Below, one piece after another: positions 51,740 to 60,798 of a stretch of DNA of 64,000 nt; position 1 is the first letter of the stretch; each line of letters starts with the position of its first letter. A program made the position numbers and the translations under genes. Under the pieces are notes generated by a model, which had not been told where the DNA came from, searched no databases, and saw nothing but the letters and a program-made list of their open reading frames with translations. The DNA comes from Terriglobia bacterium (GTDB taxonomy: Bacteria > Acidobacteriota > Terriglobia > 20CM-2-55-15): assembly GCA_965247425.1 (NCBI GenBank), contig OZ252023.1, positions 1,242,917-1,306,916 on the forward strand, in the 5' to 3' direction.

Positions 51740-52011
51740 GCAGCCCGTGGTGGAAGTCTGTAGGGTCGCGTTATGAGCGCCATGGGGCTAGATGCCAGGC
51801 GCCACGACGAAGTCGATGCTCTTCATCGATCTAGGAGTGGCAACGCCGCAGCTGGCCCCATGCCGTCGTAACCCGTAGGGCGCAGGGGTCTTCGGGCCAC
51901 AGGCTTTGTCATTCGTCGGTCACTATGACAGAGCATCGTTCCGCTCCTCATTTCGCGCCTGAGACCCGAATACCCCTGCGCGCGACCCTACAGACTTCCA
52001 CCACGGGCTGC
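51740..52011. repeat. MITE-like element family 1, copy C (272 bp), in inverted orientation relative to copy B
   Basis: Reverse complement of copy B with a few substitutions. Together with copy B it flanks glgB. Confidence 0.8.
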
Positions 52012-52014
52012 TGG

Positions 52015-52102
52015 GAGTCTGCGCGGCAGAAGGGATCTACTCCAAATTTGCATGTTAGCAGCAACAGCTGCAAATGTTAGATTCAGACCCGCGCAGGCTC
52101 CT
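52015..52102. repeat. Partial or degenerate copy of MITE-like family 2 (left arm gagtctgcgcggcagaagggatc, right arm cccgcgcaggctcct)
   Basis: Directly adjacent to family-1 copy C, giving nested or juxtaposed elements. Confidence 0.5.
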
Positions 52103-52110
52103 GTCAGACT

Positions 52111-53613
52111 GTGGTCGGGAATGGGGGTGAGGGTATCGAACAAGAAAGACATCATGTTCTCGACCGAAGACGGGCCGGCGTCCTGCTCCACCCCACTTCG
52201 CTCCCCGGCCCTTTCGATCATGGCGTACTTGGACCCGACGCGCGCCGATTCATCGACTTTCTCGGTTCAGCTGGATTCACCGTCTGGCAGACGCTGCCGC
52301 TCGGCCCCGTCGACGTTACTCTTTCGCCCTATCGGGTGAAATCCTCCCGTGCCGGGAACCCCCGTTTGATCGCGCTGGATCTGCCCGACGATGCCGCCTG
52401 GCGTCCTTCTGCCGCGGCGTTGGACGGGACAAGGAACTGGGATTCCCGTCGGAAACTGATCCGGCAGTCCTGCGATCAGTTCTGCCGGCTGGCCTCGGAG
52501 GCGGATCGACGGCGCTTCGCATCGTTCATCAGGTCCGAAAGGGCATGGCTGCGACCGTTCGCGCTCTTCGAGGCGCTCCAAGAGCGGTTCGATGGCCGCG
52601 CCTGGTGGGAATGGCCCGAGCGCTTGCGGAACCGTGATACGGAGGCCCTCCGGCGGGTCAGGATCGAGGAGCGTCGAACCATCCGTCACATCGCATTCGA
52701 ACAGTTTGTGTTCGCGAACGAGTGGCAGGCATTGAAGAAGTATGCCAACGACAGGGGCATTTCTCTGTTCGGCGACCTGCCCATCTACATCGACCTGGAC
52801 AGCGTTGACGTCTGGTGGAAGCGTGAGTTGTTCTTCATCGAGGAAAACGGCAGACCGATCCGGGTTGCCGGTGTACCTCCCGATTACTTCAGCGAGGATG
52901 GGCAACTCTGGGGAAACCCGATCTATGACTGGGAACGCATGCAGTCGGACGGGTTTCGCTGGTGGATCGATCGAGTCCGCGCTGAACTCGATCGGTTCGA
53001 TCTGGTTCGAATCGACCATTTCCGTGCGCTGGAAGCCTACTGGGAAATACCGGGAGGGGCGACAACGGCGAAAGACGGCCGGTGGACGGCGGGGCCCGGC
53101 GCCGATCTCCTCGAAGCGCTCAGCAAAGAGGTCGCGATAGACCGTCTTGTCGCGGAAGATCTGGGCACCGTGACACCCGCGGTGTACGCACTACGGGACC
53201 GATTCGGCATCCCCGGTGTGCTGGTGTTGCAGTTCGCGTTCGATGGCTCTCGGGACAATCCATTTCTCCCATCGAACCATTGTGTGCACACCGTCGTCTA
53301 TTCGGGGACTCACGACAATGACACGACTGTAGGTTGGTATGCCTCCCTCGACGAGAGGACTCGGGAGTTTGCGAACCATCAACTGCAGTGTCGGTCCGAA
53401 GAGATTCCGCGTGCCCTGATTCGCGCTGTTCTGGAGTCACCGGCGAAGCTGGCCATCCTGCCAATGCAGGATCTATTGGAAATCGGGTCCCAACACCGCA
53501 TGAATACGCCCGGAACAACCACAGGAAACTGGGCGTGGCGCTTCAGCTGGGAGGCACCGACCTCGTCACACGTCCGTCGGTACCGCGATCTGCTCGAACG
53601 CTTTGGGCGCTAG
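52111..53613 (+). CDS. malQ: 4-alpha-glucanotransferase (amylomaltase, GH77)
   Basis: GVLLHPTSLPG N-terminus and GH77 blocks (IDHFRALEAYWEIPGG). GTG 52111 start is uncertain. Confidence 0.85.
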   Translation: MVGNGGEGIEQERHHVLDRRRAGVLLHPTSLPGPFDHGVLGPDARRFIDFLGSAGFTVWQTLPLGPVDVTLSPYRVKSSRAGNPRLIALDLPDDAAWRPSAAALDGTRNWDSRRKLIRQSCDQFCRLASEADRRRFASFIRSERAWLRPFALFEALQERFDGRAWWEWPERLRNRDTEALRRVRIEERRTIRHIAFEQFVFANEWQALKKYANDRGISLFGDLPIYIDLDSVDVWWKRELFFIEENGRPIRVAGVPPDYFSEDGQLWGNPIYDWERMQSDGFRWWIDRVRAELDRFDLVRIDHFRALEAYWEIPGGATTAKDGRWTAGPGADLLEALSKEVAIDRLVAEDLGTVTPAVYALRDRFGIPGVLVLQFAFDGSRDNPFLPSNHCVHTVVYSGTHDNDTTVGWYASLDERTREFANHQLQCRSEEIPRALIRAVLESPAKLAILPMQDLLEIGSQHRMNTPGTTTGNWAWRFSWEAPTSSHVRRYRDLLERFGR

Positions 53614-53628
53614 TGTCCCCGCCAGAGA

Positions 53629-55188
53629 TTACACGCCCGAACCGTCCCTGCTGGTAATTGCGGTCTCAAATACCTTGAGATAGCGCCGTGCTGAGGCTGC
53701 CCAGCTGAAGTCCTCGTTCATGCCGTTCCTCATGAGCCGCTGCCAATGGGTCTTGTCGCGCCAGAGTGCGATAGCTCGATCGATCGCTGCCCGGAATTCG
53801 TCCGGATCGTAGCGGGTAAACCGGAATCCCGTGCCGGTACCTGCGTCTGGATCGAAATCCTCAACGGTGTCGGCCAATCCTCCTGTAGCACGCACAACTG
53901 GCGCTGTCCCATAACGGAGAGCATACATCTGGCTAAGTCCACACGGTTCGTAACGTGACGGCATCAGGAAGATGTCGGCGCCAGCGACGATCCGATGGGC
54001 GAGGTCGTCGTCAAACGTGAACCTGACGGCGGCTTTGTCGGGATGACCCCGGACGATGCTCTCGATGGACTGCTCGGTTGCGTGGTCTCCGGTCCCGAGC
54101 AGGAGGAAATAGAGCGGTTCGGCCAGCAGTTTGTCCAGAATCGGGAGGAGAAGGTCGAATCCCTTCTGGTAGTCAATGCGCGAGATCATCGCCAGTACGG
54201 GATTCTCATCACGACTGTCACCAAATCCAAATTCACGGAGCAGGCTTCTGCGGTCGTTCTGTTTGCCGGAAAGGTCGTGGGCACTGTATCTCGAAGCAAT
54301 CCGAGGGTCGGTCCCGGGGTTCCAGACACGATCATCGATGCCATTGACGATGCCGAATAGGTCCCCGCGCCGAGCGGTGATGATCGAATCGAGACCACAG
54401 CCGTACTCTTCGGTCTGGATCTCTTCGGCGTACGTGGGGCTGACCACCGTGAGTGCGTCGGCGGCAAGGATTCCGGTCTTCATCAAGTTGATCTGCCCGA
54501 AATGTTCGAGCCGGCCGCCGGGCTGGACTTCCTGCTGGTCCAATCCAACCGTCGGCCATTGATCTGATGGGAACACTCCCTGATACGCCAGGTTGTGAAG
54601 AGTCAGGACAGTCGCCGCCTTCCGGAGCGAACCCGATGGACGGTACAGGGCGTCCAGGAAAATCGGAACGAGCGCGGTCTGGTGCTCATGACAATGGATG
54701 ATGTCCAGGTCCGGACAGTCGCGGGCCAGAAGCGTCAGCGCGGCGTGCTGGAAGAACACCCACCGGTCGAGTTGATCGTGATAATCCTGCCCTGTCGAAG
54801 GATCGACATAAACGCTTGCCCGGGGAAAATACTCCCCGTCCTCGACGAGAAACACGCGCACACCCGATCCCGGTAGACGGACCGTGTGCACCTGGGCGAC
54901 TCGGGTTCCTTCTCCACAGGGCACTGTCAGGGGAGGGACGGATTCGATAGGGCCAAACCGGTCACGCTCCAGGTTGCCGAAACGGGGAATCACGACCTCA
55001 ACCCGAGCCCCCTGCGCATCGAACTCGAGCGGCAGTGACCCCACGACGTCCGCCAGGCCGCCAACCTTGACGAATGGAAAGCATTCAATTGAGATGAGGG
55101 CGACGTGAAGCGATCTGGTCATGGGTGCTGGCTGTCCATAGTCGACCCCGCTCGAATCCATGGCTGGAGTCGATTTGAAATCGAACAC
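53629..55188 (-). CDS. glgA: Glycogen synthase (ADP-glucose type)
   Basis: KVGGLADVVGSLP motif and a GT5 pattern. 519 aa. Confidence 0.9.
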   Translation of the reverse strand: MFDFKSTPAMDSSGVDYGQPAPMTRSLHVALISIECFPFVKVGGLADVVGSLPLEFDAQGARVEVVIPRFGNLERDRFGPIESVPPLTVPCGEGTRVAQVHTVRLPGSGVRVFLVEDGEYFPRASVYVDPSTGQDYHDQLDRWVFFQHAALTLLARDCPDLDIIHCHEHQTALVPIFLDALYRPSGSLRKAATVLTLHNLAYQGVFPSDQWPTVGLDQQEVQPGGRLEHFGQINLMKTGILAADALTVVSPTYAEEIQTEEYGCGLDSIITARRGDLFGIVNGIDDRVWNPGTDPRIASRYSAHDLSGKQNDRRSLLREFGFGDSRDENPVLAMISRIDYQKGFDLLLPILDKLLAEPLYFLLLGTGDHATEQSIESIVRGHPDKAAVRFTFDDDLAHRIVAGADIFLMPSRYEPCGLSQMYALRYGTAPVVRATGGLADTVEDFDPDAGTGTGFRFTRYDPDEFRAAIDRAIALWRDKTHWQRLMRNGMNEDFSWAASARRYLKVFETAITSRDGSGV

Positions 55189-55309
55189 GTAAAATGGAAC
55201 ACTGACGTTCGACTACCGTCGACTATTGGATCATTTGTGATTCTGTTTTGAAAGTCGAGAAAGGAACTTGGTATAAATTCATGAGTCCGATTCACGTCTG
55301 GATCCATCG

Positions 55310-57487
55310 TTGGAGGACATGGTAGAAACTCGAGCCCAGGAACATCTCATCACGTCCACGGGTCAAAAGCTCTGGTCGTTGGCTCGTAATCTCTGGTGGA
55401 GCTGGGACGACGGTGCGACCAGCCTGTTCCGGGACCTCGATCCAGAACGATGGCGCGAAGTCGGACAGAATCCGATTAAGCTCTTGTCTCGAATCCCCTC
55501 GAGGGGGCTGGAGAGCCGGGCGAGCGAGTTGGTCCTCCACAGCCGGATCAACGACACCTACCGCCGTTTCCAGGAGTATCTCAAAGAGAGGGAGACCTGG
55601 GGGACGACCCACGCCGGTGTGCTGGGGCGCCAGCCTGTGGCCTACTTTGCCTCGGAATTCGGACTTCACGAGTCGATCCCGATCTATTCAGGCGGCTTGG
55701 GTGTTCTGGCCGGAGACCACATCAAGAGCGCGTCGGATCTCGACGTCCCCCTGATCGGGATCGGGCTGTTCTATAGCCATGGATACTTCCGGCAGCGACT
55801 CGACACCTCGGGATTGCAGCAGGAGGAATACATCAGGCTCGAACCATCCCAATTGCCCCTAGAACCCGTCCTGGGCCGGAACCTGGAACGGCTGATCGTC
55901 TCGATCGACACCCGAACCGGCGTCATCCATGCGAAGGTCTGGCGACTCGCGGTCGGCCGTCGCCTTCTCCTGCTCCTGGATTCCGATGTTGAAGGCAACG
56001 CCCCCGAGGACCGGGAGCTGACAGCCCGACTCTACGGTGGCGACCGCCGGGTCCGGATCCGGCAAGAACTCCTGCTTGGCGTCGGCGGGGTTCGGGCATT
56101 GAGTGCGATGGGAATCTCGCCGGGCGCATACCACCTGAACGAAGGTCACAGTGCGTTTGCTGTTTTCGATGCGATTCGTGAACGCATGATCGAGGACGGC
56201 CACGATTTGGCCGGCGCGATACGGCGAGTGAGCCGGACCGTCGTTTTCACCACCCACACGTCGGTACCCGCGGGACATGATCGGTTCAGCCCGGAGCTGG
56301 TGGAGGAACACCTTGGGCCCATGCGCGATGCGCTCGGTCTTTCTCGGAGAGACTTCCTGGCGTTCGGGCGTGTCGATCCGAGTGACGACCATGAGGAATT
56401 CTGTATGACCGTACTCGCCCTGAAGCTGTCCCGCAGGGCCAACGCTGTCTCGTCCCTGCACGGCGAAGTTTCACGAGCGATGTGGACTCCGTTGTGGCCC
56501 GGCCGGTCCGAGGATGAGATACCAATCGGGCATATCACCAACGGCGTTCACGGGCCGTCCTGGTTGGCGCCACAGATGGTCCGGCTTTACGGACGCCACC
56601 TGGACGGGGAACAGAATTGGATGCAGCAGCGTGGCGAAGCGAAAACCTGGAGAAATATCGAGAACATCGACGACGGGGAACTGTGGGAAACGCACCTCGC
56701 TCTGAAGTCCCGGCTTCTCGAGTTCGCCCGCCAGCGCTCGATGCGGCAGGCAGAGCGGAGGGGCGCATCGACCGGGGAATTAGAGCGGCTGTCCCGGGTT
56801 TTGAGCCCGGATGCATTGACGATCGGCTTCGCGCGTCGATTCGCGACGTACAAGAGGGCCGAACTCATTCTGCGCCACATGGATCGGTTCGTCGAACTCG
56901 TGAACGATTCCCGGCGCCCGGTCCAATTCATTTTCGCGGGAAAGGCCCATCCATTGGACGAGCCTGGCAAGAGAGTTCTTCAGCGAATCGCCGAACTGAC
57001 CCGTGATTCCAGACTGGCCGACCGCATCGTCTTCATCGAGGACTACGACATCAACGTCGGGCGGTTCCTGGTTCAGGGAGTCGATGTCTGGCTCAACACA
57101 CCGCGCAGGCCGCTGGAAGCTTCAGGAACGAGCGGTCAGAAAGTAGTCTTGAATGGCGGCCTGAACCTGTCCGTGCTCGATGGCTGGTGGGTGGAAGCCT
57201 ATGACGGTTCCAACGGATTCGCTATCGGGCCCGACCGCGCACACGTCGATCCGGAACTGCACGACAGGCGCGACAGTGAAGACCTGTATCGGGTTTTGAA
57301 CGAGGAAGTGATCCCGTTGTATTACCAGCGCAACGCCGACGGTTTGCCTCTGGGATGGATCCAGCGCATGAAGCGATCGATTCGTACCCTGGGATGGCGC
57401 TTTAACGCCAACCGGATGGTCATGGATTACACGACATACTGTTATGTGCCAGCCGCCGGTGGGAGATCGAGCAACATGTCGCGGTGA
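55310..57487 (+). CDS. glgP: Alpha-glucan (glycogen/maltodextrin) phosphorylase, GT35
   Basis: 725 aa with a GT35 DUF3417-type N-terminus and blocks such as EGHSAFAVFD (all spelled EGHSA here). Confidence 0.85.
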   Translation: MEDMVETRAQEHLITSTGQKLWSLARNLWWSWDDGATSLFRDLDPERWREVGQNPIKLLSRIPSRGLESRASELVLHSRINDTYRRFQEYLKERETWGTTHAGVLGRQPVAYFASEFGLHESIPIYSGGLGVLAGDHIKSASDLDVPLIGIGLFYSHGYFRQRLDTSGLQQEEYIRLEPSQLPLEPVLGRNLERLIVSIDTRTGVIHAKVWRLAVGRRLLLLLDSDVEGNAPEDRELTARLYGGDRRVRIRQELLLGVGGVRALSAMGISPGAYHLNEGHSAFAVFDAIRERMIEDGHDLAGAIRRVSRTVVFTTHTSVPAGHDRFSPELVEEHLGPMRDALGLSRRDFLAFGRVDPSDDHEEFCMTVLALKLSRRANAVSSLHGEVSRAMWTPLWPGRSEDEIPIGHITNGVHGPSWLAPQMVRLYGRHLDGEQNWMQQRGEAKTWRNIENIDDGELWETHLALKSRLLEFARQRSMRQAERRGASTGELERLSRVLSPDALTIGFARRFATYKRAELILRHMDRFVELVNDSRRPVQFIFAGKAHPLDEPGKRVLQRIAELTRDSRLADRIVFIEDYDINVGRFLVQGVDVWLNTPRRPLEASGTSGQKVVLNGGLNLSVLDGWWVEAYDGSNGFAIGPDRAHVDPELHDRRDSEDLYRVLNEEVIPLYYQRNADGLPLGWIQRMKRSIRTLGWRFNANRMVMDYTTYCYVPAAGGRSSNMSR

Positions 57488-57546
57488 CGAGTGACGAAGT
57501 CGACCGAAGGTTAGCGGTGAGTTATTCAGGAGCGGGCCCCAAGAAC

Positions 57547-57641
57547 TCGACGCAGAGACGCAGATCGGAGGGAGATTGTCGGAGACGATTAGCCGGGAAC
57601 AAGAAAATCAGATCTCTGCGTCTCTGCGCCTTTGCGTCGAA
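57547..57641. repeat. REP/MITE-like palindromic element, family 3 variant (arms tcgacgcagagacgcagatc / gatctctgcgtctctgcgcctttgcgtcgaa)
   Basis: Located between the glgP stop and the pckA stop. The right arm is nearly identical to the right arms of copies 1 and 2 of family 3. Confidence 0.55.
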
Positions 57642-57716
57642 AATCCCTCTCTTACAATGCGAAGTTATTCTTGAGCGTCTGGGAATCGGTGTGGGTTCGC
57701 ACCCGATTCTCGTGGT

Positions 57717-59300
57717 TTATATCCTTGGCCCAGCCGACCTTACCGCTTCGCCCACGCCCTGCGCATAGCTGGCAAAGTTGTCTCGGAAAAGAGTAGCGAG
57801 CTTTTTCGCAGTCCTGTCGAAATCGGCGGGATCGGTCCAGGTCTTACGGGGAATCAGGACCTCGTCGGGAACGCCCGGGCAGGCGGTGACAACGGAGTAC
57901 CCGAAAACCGGATCCTCTTCAACCCTCGAGTCGGCTAACGCTCCCGAATGGATGGCATCGATGATCGCCCGGGTGAACGCAAGCTTGATCCGCGATCCGG
58001 TGCCGTAGGCGCCGCCACTCCAGCCCGTGTTGACGAGCCACACGTTGGCCTGATGCGTGCGGAGTTTCTCTGCGAGCAGTTCAGCATATTTCCCTGGATG
58101 CCATACGAGGAAGGGACCCGCAAAGCACGGTGAAAACGTAGCCTGCGGTTCGGTTACCCCCACTTCCGTTCCCGCAACCTTCGCGGTATAGCCGCTGATG
58201 AAGTGGTACATCGCCTGTTCCGGAGTCAGGCGACCGACGGGCGGCAGGACACCGAATGCGTCGCACGTCAGGAAGATGACATCCGAGGGGTGGCCCGCGA
58301 CGCATGGGATCCGGGCATTCTGAATGAACTCGATCGGGTAGGCGCCTCGTGTGTTTTCAGTAATCGAGATGTCGCTGAAATTGACAGCGTGGTCGGTTTC
58401 GTCGTACGTGACGTTCTCCAGCACGGCCCCAAAACGGAGAGCACTGAAGATGTCCGGCTCGAGCTCCGGGGTCAGGTAGATGGCTTTTGCGTAGCAGCCG
58501 CCCTCGATGTTGAAGATGCCGTTGTCGGTCCAGCAGTGCTCGTCGTCGCCAATCAGGTTTCGTTTGGGGTCCGCCGACAGCGTGGTCTTTCCCGTTCCGG
58601 ACAGACCAAACAGCACGGATGAACGTCCGGTCTCTTTGTCCGAGGTTGCAGAACAATGCATCGAAAGCACGCCGCGCTTGGGCATGAAGTAATTCATCAG
58701 GGTCAGGACCCCCTTCTTCATTTCTCCCGCGTACTCGGTGCCGAGGATCACCATCTCGCGGCTTTCGAGATTGACGTCGACGCTGGTTTTAGACGTCATA
58801 CCGGTCGTGTGCCGGTTTGCCGGGAATCGACCGGCGTTGAAGATGACGGCGTCTGGTTCGCCGAAGTCCTGGAGTTCTTCGCGTGTGGGACGAATCAGCA
58901 TCGTGTACATGAACAGTGCGTGATACGGTCGCGTGCATATGATCCGAACTTTCATTCGGTAATCCAGGTCCCACCCGGCAAACGCGTCCACCACGTAGAG
59001 CAGGCTTCGGGTGTTCAGATAGTCGGTGGCCCGTTCCCGATTCACGCCAAATGTAGCTTCCGGTATCTCAATGTTCACGGGTCCCCACCAGACGTCGTCC
59101 TCGGAGTCCGGATGTCGGACGACATGTTTGTCCCTGGGCGACCTGCCCGTCTTTACCCCGGAGTAGGCAATCAGTGCACCGGAACTGGCGATCACGGAGT
59201 CCTTTTCCATCCGAAGAGCGTCTTGATAGAGGATCGGCGGCGTCTGATTGCGCCGAACGTCGGTCACGGTGATGCCGTATTGACTCAGATCTAGTGCCAT
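57717..59300 (-). CDS. pckA: Phosphoenolpyruvate carboxykinase (ATP)
   Basis: Kinase-1a FGLSGTGKTTLS and a PEPCK-ATP pattern throughout. SD AGAGGAG then ATG at 59300; the track ORF extends to 59360. Confidence 0.9.
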   Translation of the reverse strand: MALDLSQYGITVTDVRRNQTPPILYQDALRMEKDSVIASSGALIAYSGVKTGRSPRDKHVVRHPDSEDDVWWGPVNIEIPEATFGVNRERATDYLNTRSLLYVVDAFAGWDLDYRMKVRIICTRPYHALFMYTMLIRPTREELQDFGEPDAVIFNAGRFPANRHTTGMTSKTSVDVNLESREMVILGTEYAGEMKKGVLTLMNYFMPKRGVLSMHCSATSDKETGRSSVLFGLSGTGKTTLSADPKRNLIGDDEHCWTDNGIFNIEGGCYAKAIYLTPELEPDIFSALRFGAVLENVTYDETDHAVNFSDISITENTRGAYPIEFIQNARIPCVAGHPSDVIFLTCDAFGVLPPVGRLTPEQAMYHFISGYTAKVAGTEVGVTEPQATFSPCFAGPFLVWHPGKYAELLAEKLRTHQANVWLVNTGWSGGAYGTGSRIKLAFTRAIIDAIHSGALADSRVEEDPVFGYSVVTACPGVPDEVLIPRKTWTDPADFDRTAKKLATLFRDNFASYAQGVGEAVRSAGPRI

Positions 59301-59613
59301 TGTTCTCCTCTTGGTTTCCAACCGCGCGGTTCCGACTGAACCGGCCCCAAACACGGACAACTACAGTCCGGGAAGTCGTGCGCCGCGGACCGGCCGACCG
59401 TGCTTCTCGGTCGCCCTGTTTTGGGGAAAACTGGTCAATTGCTACGGCAGCGAACTAGATACTACGGCAGCAAACGGTTGGGGTCAACGAACTCGCGGTC
59501 GACCGAGAAATGAGGTGTGTCCCGGTTCGCGCCGAAGAGCCAGGCTGTTGATCCTCGAACCAGATCACTGGCGAGCACAAATCCGGTGGACTCAAAGATT
59601 CGATCCCCCACCC

Positions 59614-59705
59614 AATCCGCACCACACAGCAAAGCCCGGAATCGCTCCCGGGCTTTCTTCTAAACGGGGCCGATGAGATTCGAACTCGCGACCCTCCAGT
59701 CCGGC
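59614..59705 (-). repeat. tRNA 3'-end-like repeat, copy 2 (degenerate T-stem), with an adjacent perfect 9-bp-stem hairpin (59631-59656)
   Basis: Minus-strand gcgagttcgaatctcatcggccccg at + coordinates 59665-59689. Direct repeat of copy 1 (about 85% over roughly 90 bp). It lies 210 bp upstream of the tyrosine recombinase. Confidence 0.55.
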
Positions 59706-59915
59706 CCATCGTTTCGAAACACGCAGTCGTCACCGCCTGTGGCGTCATGTCCTGCTGGCGCTACTTGCCATTCCACTTCTCCGAGTAGGCGGTTAGAACG
59801 AAGCGGCCTACGCCTGCGGCTTGGCGCGCGGACGCTTCGCGTGGCTTGACTGCGACGTAAAGCTAAATGAGGTGAGAGAGCAAAAGTAAAATGTGGGTCA
59901 TAAGGAGGCCACCCT

Positions 59916-60798
59916 ATGACCCACTTGAAGCAGCGGATGCTGGAGGAACTCCAGCGCCGCAACTACAGCGAGAGTACCATCCGGGGCTACCTGCGGGTAG
60001 TGGCGGATTTCGCCAAGTATTTCAGCACCTCACCGGACCAACTCGGAGGCGAACACCTCCGGCAATATCACCTGCATCTGATCCAGGAACGGAAACTTTC
60101 CACGGGAACGGTACAGGTCTACATATCGGCGCTACGTTTCTTCTATGTGAAGACGCTGAAGCGTCCGGAACCGGAACTGGACCTGCTGAATCCGAAACGG
60201 GCCAAACGGTTACCGGTCGTGTTGAGTCGGGACGAGGTTGCGTCCTTGATTGGGGCGGCCAGGGATCTGTTCGAACACACGATCTTGTGGCTGTGCTATG
60301 TCACCGCGGTGCGCCGAGGAGAACTCTGTCGGTTGACGGTGGATCATATCGACAGCGCTCGCATGATGATCTTGGTGCGTGTCGGTAAGGGCCGTCGCGA
60401 TCGGAATCTACCGATCGACTCCAGACAGCTTCAACTGCTCCGGGACTATTGGTGTTGGAAGCGACCTCCAAAGTATCTGTTTCCGGGTGGATTCAATCAC
60501 AACCACTTCGATCAGCCCATCCACTCCAAAAACCGTTTGGAGCATCGTGCATTCGGCGGCCGCAGGCGCAGGCATCAAGAAACGCGTTTCACCCCACACG
60601 CTACGACACAGCCGTGCGACTCATGGGCTGGAAGCCGGTGTCGACCTGCCAACCATTCAGCGTCTGCTGGGCCATACCCGACTCGAACACACCATGGTCT
60701 ATCTGCATCTGTCGGACCGACACCTGCGGGCCCGTACCGAACCGCTCGAGGTGATCCCGGACTTTGGATGGCGGAAGCCTTTGAGGCCGAGATCATGA
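59916..60798 (+). CDS. Tyrosine recombinase (phage-integrase family) associated with IS91; 1-nt frameshift in an A5 run
   Basis: N-terminal SAM-like domain ([26 protein letters not shown]...). The catalytic C-terminus ([38 protein letters not shown]) is in the +1 frame from about nt 60529 (ccaaaaacc); removing one A joins the two parts. Confidence 0.75.
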
